A DNA stretch of 64,000 nt from Blastocatellia bacterium (lineage in GTDB: Bacteria > Acidobacteriota > Blastocatellia > UBA7656): the NCBI GenBank assembly GCA_035293105.1, contig DATDOV010000066.1, positions 97,967 to 161,966 of the forward strand, read 5' to 3'. How positions within the stretch are numbered: the stretch's first letter is position 1; each line of letters begins with the position of its first letter. Below the pieces are notes generated by a model, which was not told where the DNA came from, did no database searches, and saw only the letters and a list, made by a program, of their open reading frames with translations. The position numbers and the translations under genes were made by a program. Shown piece by piece: positions 26,376 to 36,424 of this stretch.

Positions 26376-27854
26376 ATGAGAGATTCAATCAAACGTGTGC
26401 CCGGAAGATTCAGATTATTCGGTGTGCTGTTGACTTCGCTGTCGCTCGTACCCGTCGCGCCTTCCTTTGCGAGCACAAGCGGCGAAGATCAAACCAGCAG
26501 TGCCGAGACTCAGAAGTCAGTCGCCATCACGATCTACAACGTCAATCTCGGATTGGTTCGCGACCGCCGCGACATTCAGCTCCCTCGCGGTGAAACGTCG
26601 TTGAACTTCGCCGGGGTCGCCTCGCAGATCAATCCGGCGACGGTTCACATCCGCTCGCTAACCGAGCCTGGCGCCCTTTCGGTCGTCGAGCAGAATTACG
26701 AATACGATTTGCTGTCACCGCAAAAGCTGCTCGATAAGTACGTCGGCAAGTCGCTGACGCTCGTGCTGCGCAGCTACGTGAATCAGAGCGAACAGCTAAC
26801 CCCGACCGAAGCCGTGCTGCTCGCGAACAACAACGGCGCGGTCTGGCAGATCGGAGACAAGATCGTCATCAACCCGTCAAACATCGCCGAGATTCGATTC
26901 CCGCAACTTCCTGAGAGCCTCATCGCCAAGCCGACTTTGGTGTGGCGGCTGGCGAACGACCGCCTCGCGTCGCACTCTGTCGAGGCGTCCTACTTGACCG
27001 GCGGCATCAACTGGCGAGCCGATTACGTCATGCTGGTCAATCCGGATGAAACGCGCTCGGACATCACCGGCTGGGTGACGATCGAGAACAACAGCGGCGC
27101 CGAGTACCGCAACGCCGAGTTGAAACTGGTCGCGGGCGACATCCATCGCGCCGAGAACCGGCAGGCTTACGAGATGAGGATGCGCGAGGAACTGGCCGCC
27201 AAAGCCGCGAGAGACGAGAACTTCAAGGAGGAGTCCTTCTTCGAGTATCACCTCTACACGTTGCAGCGTCGCACGACGATCAAGAACGCGCAGACGAAAC
27301 AGATCAGCATGCTGGACGCAAGCGGCGTAGGTTCTCGCAAACAGTTCGTGATCTACGGCCAGCCTTATTACTATCACGGGTACAACAACCCGGGTGAGCC
27401 GATCAAAGAGAAGATCGGCGTTTACATCGAATTCGCCAACTCGGAGAAGAACGGGTTGGGCAAGCCCTTGCCGGCGGGGATCGTGCGGCTCTACAAGGCG
27501 GACTCGTCAGGCGGGCAGCAGTTCATCGGCGAAGACCGGATCGACCACACGCCTAAGGACGAGATGGTCAAGGTGAAGGTCGGCGACGCGTTCGACATCG
27601 TCGGCGAGCGGAAGATGATGGACTATCGCGCGATCAGCTCGCGGGTCTACGAGTACGCGTACCAGATCGTGCTGCGCAATCACAAGAAGGAAGCCGTGAC
27701 GATCGTAGTCAACGAGCCGATCGGGGGCGACTGGGAGATGTTGACGTCGAGCCACGAGTGGACCAAGACCGCTGCATTCGCCGCGCGGTTCAACGTACCA
27801 GTGGCGGCCGATGGGACGGCGACCTTGTCGTACCGGGTCCGTGTTAGGTGGTGA
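26376..27854 (+). CDS. Secreted DUF4139/DUF4140 (TIGR02231, mucoidy-inhibitor-MuiA-like) family protein.
   Basis: Signal peptide after the ATG at 26376, which is preceded by [48 protein letters not shown] matches the family N-terminal pattern. Confidence 0.5.
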   Translation: MRDSIKRVPGRFRLFGVLLTSLSLVPVAPSFASTSGEDQTSSAETQKSVAITIYNVNLGLVRDRRDIQLPRGETSLNFAGVASQINPATVHIRSLTEPGALSVVEQNYEYDLLSPQKLLDKYVGKSLTLVLRSYVNQSEQLTPTEAVLLANNNGAVWQIGDKIVINPSNIAEIRFPQLPESLIAKPTLVWRLANDRLASHSVEASYLTGGINWRADYVMLVNPDETRSDITGWVTIENNSGAEYRNAELKLVAGDIHRAENRQAYEMRMREELAAKAARDENFKEESFFEYHLYTLQRRTTIKNAQTKQISMLDASGVGSRKQFVIYGQPYYYHGYNNPGEPIKEKIGVYIEFANSEKNGLGKPLPAGIVRLYKADSSGGQQFIGEDRIDHTPKDEMVKVKVGDAFDIVGERKMMDYRAISSRVYEYAYQIVLRNHKKEAVTIVVNEPIGGDWEMLTSSHEWTKTAAFAARFNVPVAADGTATLSYRVRVRW

Positions 27855-28097
27855 CCCGGTTCAGTGATGGGGTAAGTGGGAACGGCCACCCAACGCGGTG
27901 GCCGTACTTATTCACGACGCACTTGATCGCAACCTGACGTGTGCGCGCGAGGTATACCCCAACCTCGGCGCAGGCCGGCACGGCCCGCCGGGAATGCTTG
28001 CGCACGCCGCCCTCGGATTCATATTCTCTACGAGTCGAAGAAAACACACCGCGAATCGTTGGGCCTGAGAGGTCCTGAGACTTCGAGAGAGAATGAT

Positions 28098-29363
28098 GTG
28101 CTAGCCGCCGGTCCGGCAAAGAACAAGGTCGAACGCCGCAGCGATGTAGACGTCCTAAGAGCAGCCGTCGTCCTCGGGTTGATCTTTTTTCACACCGCCA
28201 AGATCTTCGACCTCCTTCCGTACTATGTCAAAAACGAGCAAACGAGCATCCTCCTGATGGCCCTCGTAGGCTTCGTCTCCCAGTGGGGCATGCCGCTGCT
28301 TTTCTTCATGGCCGGCATCGCTACCTGGCATTCGCTGGGCGTTCGAACTCCAACTCAATTCGTCAGGGAGAGATTCAGGCGCCTCGTCGTCCCTTTCATC
28401 TTCGGTATGTGTGTCATTGTCCCGCCAATGCGCTATTACAACTTGCTGACCAACCCCGATTATCACGACTCCTTCCGTCAGTTCTATCCCAAGTTCTTCA
28501 GCGTTGTTCTCAAGCTCAGCTTCCCGAGGTTCATCCAGCCGGACCCGGCCGTTGGCATATTCGAGACCGCGCATCTGTGGTTCCTGTACTACCTATTCGT
28601 TTTTTCTTTGATGGCGCTGCCGCTGTTTGTTTGTGTGAGAAGCGATGCGGGACAGAGACTCGTTGCGCGACTGGCGGGGCTCTGCCGGCGAAGAGGCGCG
28701 ATACTGCTGCTGGCAATCCCGGTTGTTTCAATTGAGCTGTTTGTTGGGCTGGGCGAGTCTGTCGGGTGGAATCGCTACTCATTCTTGAGCTTCTTGATCT
28801 TCGGCTACCTCTTCGCTTCCAATGCCGGCTTCGAGGAACTCGCGAAGCGGGATTCAACAATCGGGCTGATCGCTGGGACTATCACGGTCGCGGCTTTCTT
28901 CTGGGTTTCCGTTCTCGCGTGGCAAGCAGGGACTGACCCAAGCCACGGATATGCACTGGAGAGCGTTCTCTGGAGGTTGTTCAAGGGTTGCAGTTCGTGG
29001 TTCTGGGTGATCGCCATTGGGGGGCTCGGACAGAGGTACAAGCAGCATCGCGCGTCACGGGAACAGAGGGCTGATCTCCGTGCGGGCGAGCCTGGCCCGG
29101 CCCACAAAGTCCTGCAATACGCCAACGAGGCTGTCATGCCGTTTTATGTCATCCACCAGGCAGTGATCGTGATAATCGGCTTCTACGTAGTGAAATGGGA
29201 CGCGGGAGTGATGGCGAAGTATTGGATCATAAGCCTGGCTTCGCTGGCGGGATCGCTTCTGCTCTATGAAACACTCGCCAGACGAACCAGCGTCACGCGC
29301 TTCTTGTTCGGGATGAAACCGATTGCACCTCGCGAGGCAAGCGGGCCTGTCGGTCATCGCTGA
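28098..29363 (+). CDS. Acyltransferase family 3 (OpgC/OafA-like) integral membrane protein.
   Basis: RRSDVDVLRAAVVLGLIFFHT matches the conserved R-x-D-x-l-R-a-x-A-v start of Acyltransferase_3. About 10 TM helices. A GTG start at 28098 is likely; the ORF track's 5' extension from 27939 is GC-rich, non-hydrophobic, and probably not translated. Confidence 0.6.
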   Translation: MLAAGPAKNKVERRSDVDVLRAAVVLGLIFFHTAKIFDLLPYYVKNEQTSILLMALVGFVSQWGMPLLFFMAGIATWHSLGVRTPTQFVRERFRRLVVPFIFGMCVIVPPMRYYNLLTNPDYHDSFRQFYPKFFSVVLKLSFPRFIQPDPAVGIFETAHLWFLYYLFVFSLMALPLFVCVRSDAGQRLVARLAGLCRRRGAILLLAIPVVSIELFVGLGESVGWNRYSFLSFLIFGYLFASNAGFEELAKRDSTIGLIAGTITVAAFFWVSVLAWQAGTDPSHGYALESVLWRLFKGCSSWFWVIAIGGLGQRYKQHRASREQRADLRAGEPGPAHKVLQYANEAVMPFYVIHQAVIVIIGFYVVKWDAGVMAKYWIISLASLAGSLLLYETLARRTSVTRFLFGMKPIAPREASGPVGHR

Positions 29364-29390
29364 CCGACGGGTAAGAGAGGTGATACAATC

Positions 29391-30326
29391 GTGTCAACGT
29401 GGAACACGTATGAGTCAGGTTCACGTATGAGTCAGGAATTCGCAGCATACGACCAGACGCGCAATAGGCAGTTCAAAGGCCTCGAAAGGTCGCGAAGGAA
29501 GTTCTTTGCGCTGATTTTGGTCGCGCTTTTTCCGTCGTCGGTCTTTTATGGCTTGCGTCATCTCGAAAGGGCCCTGACGTTTCATCCGCTACGCTACGCG
29601 CCCGGGCAGTTTTGGAATCCGCCGGCCGGCGCGGAAGACGTTCAACTCGCGAGCAGTGGCGTGCGGCTTCACGGTTGGTTCATTCCGTCCGCCATCCGTC
29701 CCGCGCGAGCGACGGTGATCTACTTTCACGGCAACGCCGGCAACATCGCCAATGTCGGATGGCTTGGAGCAAGCCTGGCCGCGCGTGGATTCGACGCACT
29801 TATGTTCGATTACCGGGGATACGGGCGCAGCGAAGGCGAGATCCGCGACGAGCGCGACCTCTATTCGGATGCCGGCGCGGCTTACGACTACATCGTCGGC
29901 GAGCGGGGCGTGTCGCCGGATCGCATCGCGCTCTACGGTCAATCGCTCGGGACCGCGGCGGTGGCCGACCTCGCGTCGCGGAAGAGATGCGGTGCGATCA
30001 TACTGGAATCGGGCATGAGCTCGGCGACCGACATGGCCGCGGTCGCGCTGCCCTGGCTTCCGCGATGGCTCCACGGGATGGGCAGCAACCGTCTCGAGTC
30101 GAAGCAAAAGCTCTCGCTGGTTCATTGCCCCGTGCTCATCGCTCACGGCGACCCCGACGACACAGTCCCCACGAGTCAGGGACTCTCGCTGTTTGCTGCC
30201 GCCAATGAACCCAAGAAGCTGCTCCTGGTACCCGGGGCTGGTCACAACGTGGCTGGCTCGAGCGGCGACAAGTATCTCGACGAGGTAGCCGCTTTCATTA
30301 GCGAGGCAATCGCCCCTCCTAACTAA
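29391..30326 (+). CDS. Alpha/beta-hydrolase fold serine hydrolase.
   Basis: HGNAGN oxyanion region, GQSLG nucleophile elbow, and C-terminal D and H (HGDPDDTVP, GAGHN). Confidence 0.7.
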   Translation: MSTWNTYESGSRMSQEFAAYDQTRNRQFKGLERSRRKFFALILVALFPSSVFYGLRHLERALTFHPLRYAPGQFWNPPAGAEDVQLASSGVRLHGWFIPSAIRPARATVIYFHGNAGNIANVGWLGASLAARGFDALMFDYRGYGRSEGEIRDERDLYSDAGAAYDYIVGERGVSPDRIALYGQSLGTAAVADLASRKRCGAIILESGMSSATDMAAVALPWLPRWLHGMGSNRLESKQKLSLVHCPVLIAHGDPDDTVPTSQGLSLFAAANEPKKLLLVPGAGHNVAGSSGDKYLDEVAAFISEAIAPPN

Positions 30327-30597
30327 ACACTCTCTACTCCAACCCGGCACTCAAGCGAGAGAGCTTCTTCTCTTTCTAGAGGTGAAACGTGTACACGAGC
30401 GCCGGGCTGTTCTCGCGCGACAGCCTGTTACACGCCTTCGGGTTGTGCACGCGGAGCAGGTCCGGCTACCGATTGCGAGTCTCGAAATCACCTTCTCACT
30501 CTCAAAGGCCGGTGATAGAATCACGACGCTTTGGGGGTCATACTCATCGAGACCCGCGCGTCGTCGCGCAACTCGGTAGGTCAGAGGAGAAAAGGAA

Positions 30598-31173
30598 ATG
30601 TGGGAGTCGCTCAGCGCGCTCACCGTCTTTCTGGCCATAGCCGCCGTCGGGTTCCTGTTCCTGCTCATCTCGCTCATCTTCGGCGGACTCTTTGCGCACT
30701 TCGATTTCGCCCACGACGTCGGCCACGACCTGGGCCACGGAGGGCCGGGCTTTTTCAGCGTGCAGGGCATCGCCGTGTTCATCACCGCCTTCGGCGGCGT
30801 CGGGGCGATCGGCACCTATCTCGGCTACAGCGTATTCCCCAGCTCCGGCTTCGGTTTCATCAGCGGCATAGTGCTGGCGACGCTGGTCTACTTCTTCGCG
30901 CGTTTCCTATACGGGCAGCAGGCCTCCAGTACCACGACCTCGGCCGAATTGGTGGGGCGCAGCGCTCAGGTCTCGGTCGGCATCCCCGCGAACGACGTGG
31001 GCCAGGTCCGCTGCCTGGTTGGCGAAACCATGGTCGACAAGATCGCGCGGTCGAGGGACGGCAACGCCATCGCTCACAACTCAGTGGTCAGGATTGAAGA
31101 GATAGTCGGAGAATCCGTCATCGTCAGTCTAATCACGAACCGGCAAACAACTGATAACGCCCACAACTCCTGA
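30598..31173 (+). CDS. NfeD-family membrane protein with a C-terminal OB-fold.
   Basis: Three TM helices and a C-terminal beta-rich OB-like region. It sits immediately upstream of the flotillin gene, which is the classic pairing. Confidence 0.6.
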   Translation: MWESLSALTVFLAIAAVGFLFLLISLIFGGLFAHFDFAHDVGHDLGHGGPGFFSVQGIAVFITAFGGVGAIGTYLGYSVFPSSGFGFISGIVLATLVYFFARFLYGQQASSTTTSAELVGRSAQVSVGIPANDVGQVRCLVGETMVDKIARSRDGNAIAHNSVVRIEEIVGESVIVSLITNRQTTDNAHNS

Positions 31174-31207
31174 GAGAGCAACTGTAAGTCAGGGAGGTAT
31201 AGTTCCA

Positions 31208-32794
31208 ATGATCGACTTTAACACTCTCGCGATTCCGCTTCTCGTATTAATGGTCCTATTATCGATCCTGATCGTGATGTGGCTGTTTGCCCGCAACTAC
31301 ATCAAGGTCCCGCCCAACGCGGCCGCAGTCTTCTCTGGCCGCAAACGCAAGCTCCCGGATGGACGCGTGGTCGGCTACCGGCTCGTCAGGGGCGGCGCCG
31401 CGCTGCGAATCCCGCTGCTCGAGAAGGTCGACTACCTCGCGCTCAACGTCATGACCATCCCGCTCGAGATTCGCCGCGCCTACACGCTGAAAGGCGTGCC
31501 GGTGTCGGTCAAGGCGGTGGCCAACGTCAAGATCAAGAGCGACGACGTCTCGCTGCAGGCGGCAGCCGAACGCTTCCTCGGCATGTCGGTCCCGGAAGTG
31601 CAGAAAGTCATCTTCCAAACTCTTGAAGGTCACCTGCGCGCGATACTCGGCACGCTTACGGTCGAAGAGATCAATAACGACCGCCAGAGCTTCGCCCAAA
31701 AGCTCACTACCGAAGCCACGACCGACCTCGAGCGCATGGGCATAGGCGTCGACGTTCTGACGATCCAGGAGATCAGCGACGAGGAAGGCTACCTCGACGC
31801 GCTCGGCAAGAAGCGAACCGCCGAGGTCAAGCGCGACGGCCAGATCGGCGAGGCAGAAGCGACCCGCGATTCGAAGATCCAGTCGAGCCTCGCCATGCAG
31901 GAAGGGGAGAAGGTCAAGCTCGATACTGAAGCGAACATCGCGCTTGCCCAGCGCGAGCTTTCAGTCCGCCAGGCTCAGTACCAGGCCGAAGTCGAGCGCG
32001 AGCGCGCCACCGCCGAACAGTCCGGCCCGCTCTCTTCGGCGAAAGCCCGCCAGGCCGTTGTCGCCGAAGAGGTCCGCATCGAGAAGGTCCGCACCCAGGA
32101 ACAGATATCGGTTCAGGAACAGGAAATCCTGCGGCGTGAAAAAGAACTCGAAGCAACCGTCGTGAAGCCGGCCGATGCCGCCCGCACGGCCGCCGTGCTC
32201 AAAGCCGAAGCCTCGAAGCAATCCGCCATCCTCGAAGCCGAAGGCAGGCGAGCCGCAGTAATAGCCAGCGCCGAAGCCGAACAGGAACGGCTGCGCAAAG
32301 AAGGTCAGGGCCGCGCCGCTGCGATCGAAGCCGAAGGCAAAGCCGAAGCCGCCAAGATCGAAGCAATCGGACTCGCTCAGGCAAAGGCCATCGAAGCGCA
32401 AGGCGTCGCCGAAGCAACCGCGATCCTCAAGAAGGCCGAAGCGTGGAAGGAGTTCAACGAGGCAGCGCGCCTTCAGACGGTGCTCGAGAAACTGCCGGCC
32501 ATCATTCAAGCTTCAGCTCCGGTCTTCGGGGCGGTGGCGGCGCCGCTTGGCAACATAGATAAGGTCGTGGTGATAGAGCATGGCAACGGCAACAGCCAAG
32601 GGGGCGTGAGTCGCTTCGCTGCGAACGCGCCTTCGGTGATATTTGGGTTGTTGCAGCAGCTCGAGGCGCTAGGGTTGAACATACCGAACTTGATGTCGCA
32701 GTTAGGAGTCAAGTCCGGAAACGAGAACGTCGCGACCACGCAGGTTCAGCCGAAGGTGGTGGAGTCCGAAAAGGAGAGCGGCTCTTCTGAATAA
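31208..32794 (+). CDS. Flotillin-like SPFH/band-7 protein (FloT/YqiK-like).
   Basis: N-terminal TM helix, SPFH domain, and a long Ala/Glu-rich coiled-coil with EA repeats (AEAxxIEAEGxAEA). Confidence 0.8.
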   Translation: MIDFNTLAIPLLVLMVLLSILIVMWLFARNYIKVPPNAAAVFSGRKRKLPDGRVVGYRLVRGGAALRIPLLEKVDYLALNVMTIPLEIRRAYTLKGVPVSVKAVANVKIKSDDVSLQAAAERFLGMSVPEVQKVIFQTLEGHLRAILGTLTVEEINNDRQSFAQKLTTEATTDLERMGIGVDVLTIQEISDEEGYLDALGKKRTAEVKRDGQIGEAEATRDSKIQSSLAMQEGEKVKLDTEANIALAQRELSVRQAQYQAEVERERATAEQSGPLSSAKARQAVVAEEVRIEKVRTQEQISVQEQEILRREKELEATVVKPADAARTAAVLKAEASKQSAILEAEGRRAAVIASAEAEQERLRKEGQGRAAAIEAEGKAEAAKIEAIGLAQAKAIEAQGVAEATAILKKAEAWKEFNEAARLQTVLEKLPAIIQASAPVFGAVAAPLGNIDKVVVIEHGNGNSQGGVSRFAANAPSVIFGLLQQLEALGLNIPNLMSQLGVKSGNENVATTQVQPKVVESEKESGSSE

Positions 32795-32868
32795 CGCTTT
32801 TCCGAATTGCCAATTACATTGTGTCAAACGAGTGGTGAAGCGCAGTTTATCCCGATGGCGGCCGTCGC

Positions 32869-33096
32869 TTAAGCAACGCCCAGAGCGGCCTTCAGGCAAC
32901 CATCAACTTGCGACATCGCCAGAACGGACAAGCTTCCCAGAATACGAAGAATCAAGTCCCGATCATAGGTGATGAGGTTCTCGCATTGGATAATCGAATC
33001 AAGCCGCAGCCCGGACTGCCGCCCCTCAGCCGTCGCAATGTCGACGAACAACTGCGTCGCGGCTCCGACTCGCCGATGCCGGCTGCTTGTGATCAA
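32869..33096 (-). pseudogene. Possible remnant of the C-terminal half of a PIN-domain (VapC-like) gene.
   Basis: DSIIQCENLITYDRDLILRILG resembles the C-terminal D-x-iIaA ... LvT.D.dF..i.gl block of PIN toxins. The N-terminal half with the first acidic residues is missing. Confidence 0.2.
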
Positions 33097-33368
33097 GGCG
33101 AGAATAGTATCGTCAAGCCGCTGGTTCCATGCATCTGCCTGAACTACTAATGCTGGACGGACCTTGCTTCCGGTTTAATCGCTGTACGGAAAACCTACGA
33201 GTACGATATCGCCACGGTGAATGGTCCGGCAAGGCATGTGGCGGGCAGTGCGGGCGTGCACGGAAACTCGAAGGCGTAAAGGCCAGGGTGCGTCAGGATT
33301 TCGCGCGATGCGATCACCCGGTCGGCCCGGCGCGACTCAGGTGGACAGGGCCGCCGAGAAGAAAATGT

Positions 33369-33495
33369 TCAGAGTACCGGCTTTAGCCGGGCGGTGTTCC
33401 TTAGCATGAGGCCCTTCCGGTGAAAGCTCGGAATGACGCACTCAGCGTAATCGACCTTAACGAAGTCCACTACCCGGCTAAAGCCGGTACTCTGA
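33369..33495. mobile_element. 127-bp element bounded by perfect 23-bp terminal inverted repeats (TCAGAGTACCGGCTTTAGCCGGG ... CCCGGCTAAAGCCGGTACTCTGA). It is either MITE-like or a structured RNA.
   Basis: Direct reading. Each arm also contains an internal near-palindrome, CCGGCTTTAGCCGG. Confidence 0.5.
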
Positions 33496-33650
33496 GCGCC
33501 TTCTTCTCAATGCGCCGTCTGACTTGAGAGTTACGTAAGCCGAAACCCTGACGCGCATCCTAAAGGCAGGCCAACACGTGTGGTAAAAGCAAGGAGGATA
33601 GCGGTATACTCCAGACGGTCGCGGTTCCAGGCACACCGGAGAAACAGGCG

Positions 33651-34046
33651 ATGGAACAAAACATTGAATCCGCTTCCCGCAAGCAATTGGTCCAAGCCGT
33701 TGAACGGTTGAGTCCGGCGGAACTAGATGATTTTGTGGACCACGTTGCGGCACTGCGGGCGCGACGCCACGCGCCAATGTTGTCAGACGATGAGTCGTCA
33801 CTTTTCGCCGTCATCAACCAGGCCCTGCCGGAATCTGATCGTCAGCGCCTCGCAGAGCTGGTTGAACGGCGATCAGACGAAATGCTGACGCCGGGCGAAC
33901 ACTCTGAACTGCTGCAGCTTCAACAGCGGCTTGAAGCCCTGCACGCGGCGCGGGTTAAAGCACTGGCAGAGCTAGCTCGGACGCGGGGTGTCACTCTCAA
34001 TGTGGTGATGGAGCAGCTAGGCATACGGCTCCCGGATCATGCCTGA
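33651..34046 (+). CDS. Hypothetical all-helical 131-aa protein, encoded 5 bp upstream of the HNH endonuclease gene.
   Basis: ORF with an AGGAG-like motif upstream. Acidic, helical, with no recognised family. Confidence 0.4.
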   Translation: MEQNIESASRKQLVQAVERLSPAELDDFVDHVAALRARRHAPMLSDDESSLFAVINQALPESDRQRLAELVERRSDEMLTPGEHSELLQLQQRLEALHAARVKALAELARTRGVTLNVVMEQLGIRLPDHA

Positions 34047-34051
34047 AGTCG

Positions 34052-34498
34052 ATGTCTGAAAAACACATTCCGGCCGAACGCCGCCGGGTGATTCGCGATC
34101 AGGCCAATGGAATCTGTGAATACTGCCGCAGCCAGGAGTGCTTCTCGCCTCAGCGGTTTTCCGTCGAACACATCAAGCCCCGCTCGGCTGGGGGGCAACC
34201 GACCCGGGAGAATCTGGCTCTCTCCTGCCAGGGCTGCAATGGGCACAAGTACACGAAGCAAAAGTCACCCGATCCCGTCACGGGCGATGTCGTTGCACTG
34301 TTTCACCCGCGAAGACAAAGGTGGCGCGATCATTTTGCCTGGAGTGTAGATGCCTCGCTCATTGTGGGTCTAACGCCTGTCGGACGAGCGACGGTTGAAG
34401 CGTTGCGGATGAATCGCATTGAACTGGTCAACCTGCGGGAGGTCCTCTATGGCGCGCAGAAACATCCCCCCGCTGAACCCGATGAAGAATACGGATAG
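34052..34498 (+). CDS. HNH endonuclease.
   Basis: CEYC ... EHIKPRSAGG ... N ... CQGCNGHK gives the full HNH zinc-finger signature. Confidence 0.75.
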   Translation: MSEKHIPAERRRVIRDQANGICEYCRSQECFSPQRFSVEHIKPRSAGGQPTRENLALSCQGCNGHKYTKQKSPDPVTGDVVALFHPRRQRWRDHFAWSVDASLIVGLTPVGRATVEALRMNRIELVNLREVLYGAQKHPPAEPDEEYG

Positions 34499-34588
34499 GC
34501 GCCGAACCAAACGTTGTTCTCCCATGGGATCACGCGACTGCTCTGGAATCTGACGCCATTCGACCGTTGACCTGGAGAATCATCACTA

Positions 34589-34929
34589 ATGAGTAAGGCG
34601 GTGAATAAAAGAAAGCGGCGCCAACGCATCTGGGTGCGATCCTATATGTAAGAGAAGACAACCTGAGAGAAGACAACCTGCCGGGCGCTGGAATCAACCA
34701 GACACAGCTTGCCAAGTTGATCGGAGTATCCAGACGCACAGCGCATGACGTTGTGCATGAACGGTGCCCGCTGAGTGTTGACCTAGCGCAGCGCCTCTCG
34801 CGCATACTCGGGAATTCTCCTCTAGGACGCGGTAAGTTCGCACTTCAGAAACGGCTCAGTTCAAAAGTGTCTCGTCCACGATGGCGTCCATGGATGATGA
34901 TCGGACGTTTGCAACACCAGTGCGCCTGA
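34589..34929 (+). pseudogene. higA: HigA-family (XRE-HTH) antitoxin-like gene, disrupted by a frameshift in an A-run. It also contains a 13-bp tandem duplication.
   Basis: HLGAIL ... NQTQLAKLIGVSRRTAHDVVHERCPLSVDLAQRLSRILGNSP closely parallels the HigA pattern HPGEIL ... NALAKALGV ... RITADTALRLGRYFGTSAEFW. The ATG at 34589 (MSKAVNKRKRRQ ...) is in another frame and runs into a stop, so one base is missing in AATAAAAGAAAG. Confidence 0.5.
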
Positions 34930-35052
34930 TGTGAAAATGGGCAACTAAGTCGTTGATGAGACGAGTGCCTGGTTTCATCTGCGATGCGAGCCGCAGGCCC
35001 ATGACTGGCTACAGCGAATGAGACTCTCCCTGAGAGTGTGGGGTGACAACAC

Positions 35053-35721
35053 ATGAGGCCGGAGAATGACATTTCAATGGGTAAAGCCGGTGTCGGCGAT
35101 GGTGATTTGGAAGTGAACCAGCGGGGCCTGCCGTTGCGCTTACCTGAAAAAGTCACCATGGTTTGGCTCCTTCATAACGTTCCGGTAACAGTCTGGCTCT
35201 GGTTTGCTGGCATAGTCATTGGAGCCCTCGTCTTAGGAGGAGCAGTAGGGCAAACGACTTTTGTCAAGGAACTTCTTAACAAAAAGCCAGAAGCTACTAT
35301 TCAACCACCACAAATTTCGTCCCACGAGACGACGGGCAGTCAGAAGGATGCAGTTACTAAAAATGATGAGCCGAATACTGGCCCACTCAGAATGAGTGAA
35401 CCAACGCCACAGCAAATCAATGAAGCAATCGACAAGGCGCCGCCACTACAGCAAGGAGACATCAAGCGACGTTATGAAGGTGTGAAGGTCGATTGGGAAC
35501 TCATGTTCGATCACGCTTCGTCAATAGGGAAAGACAACGTTGTCGTTTTGTTTAGAGATTCCGAATCCTTTAGTATGTTGAGCGTGCGGTGCGTCGTAAA
35601 GCTGCCGCTATACAGAGACCTGGCGATAATGAACCGAGGGAAGAGAATCAGAGTGGTTGGTACTATTCACGACGTTGATTTTCCCTTCATAACTTTGGAA
35701 GACGTCCAGTTGACGTATTGA
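35053..35721 (+). CDS. AT-rich orphan gene encoding a membrane-anchored hypothetical protein.
   Basis: One TM helix (VWLWFAGIVIGALVLGGAV) followed by a hydrophilic domain. The composition is markedly lower in GC than the genomic background. Confidence 0.35.
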   Translation: MRPENDISMGKAGVGDGDLEVNQRGLPLRLPEKVTMVWLLHNVPVTVWLWFAGIVIGALVLGGAVGQTTFVKELLNKKPEATIQPPQISSHETTGSQKDAVTKNDEPNTGPLRMSEPTPQQINEAIDKAPPLQQGDIKRRYEGVKVDWELMFDHASSIGKDNVVVLFRDSESFSMLSVRCVVKLPLYRDLAIMNRGKRIRVVGTIHDVDFPFITLEDVQLTY

Positions 35722-35957
35722 ACCGCGTACAAAGCTTCCGCAGCGAAGGGGGATCCGCGCAACGTCTTACGACGCTGCAGAGGGCTCGCGCGGCTTGGAT
35801 GATCGTGCGGCTCGAGTCAGGAGAGGAAGCGAGTATTTCTGGAATCAAGTCCAGAAATCTCACAACAGGCTCGCTAATGCGAAAACCCGTTCCCGAGGGC
35901 TTTCACACTCTGGCGACCTGCCTAATCAGATGGTTGTGGGGGCATCGCGAGGTGGAA

Positions 35958-36424
35958 TGAACACCAAGCCTTCATATCGCGCGGCCGCCGGGCGGCAAGA
36001 CTCGGGCGCCGAAGCGGTCGTCGTTCATTGCAGCGACCATCGATTCCAGCAGGCGTTCCGCGAGTTCCTGTCCGAGGCGCTCGGCCTTGCTTCATACGCC
36101 CTGCTGGCAATTCCGGGCGGCGCCCACTTCAACTCGATGGAGGAACTGCAGCCCAAGTTCGCCAAGGCCGGATTGCAGAGCTTGAAGTTCCTGGTGAATC
36201 GGACCGGCGCGCAAAGGATCATCCTGATCGGCCACGATGACTGCCTGTTCTTCAAAGAGCAGCTTCAGTTCTTCTTCACCGAAGCCGATTTGAACCAGAA
36301 GCAGATCACAAGCTTGATACGGGCCCGTCAGTCCCTGCAGGGTTGGTTCACGCGAGCCCGCGTGGAACTCTACTTCGTCGCAGCCGACTCGGCCGGGTCC
36401 CTCCAGTTTCTTGGAATCGAATAG
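35958..36424 (+). CDS. Hypothetical protein with beta-carbonic-anhydrase-like zinc-ligand motifs (CxDxR ... HxxC).
   Basis: VVVHCSDHR and IILIGHDDC fit the beta-CA CxDxR and HxxC ligand pattern. Start chosen at the ATG preceded by GAGGTGG. The ORF track's longer N-terminus has no ribosome-binding site. Confidence 0.3.

Noticed and set aside
27939-28097. ORF-track 5' extension of the acyltransferase-3 gene (MCARGIPQPRRRPARPAG ...).
   Set aside because: It is an Arg/Pro-rich GC artefact. The family-conserved N-terminus (R-S-D-V-D-V-L-R) starts right after the GTG at 28098.
31961-32509. Antisense ORF and apparent DNA periodicity inside the flotillin gene.
   Set aside because: It is caused by the protein-level Ala/Glu-rich EA coiled-coil repeats of flotillin (AEA..IEAEG.AEA). 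It is not a separate element.
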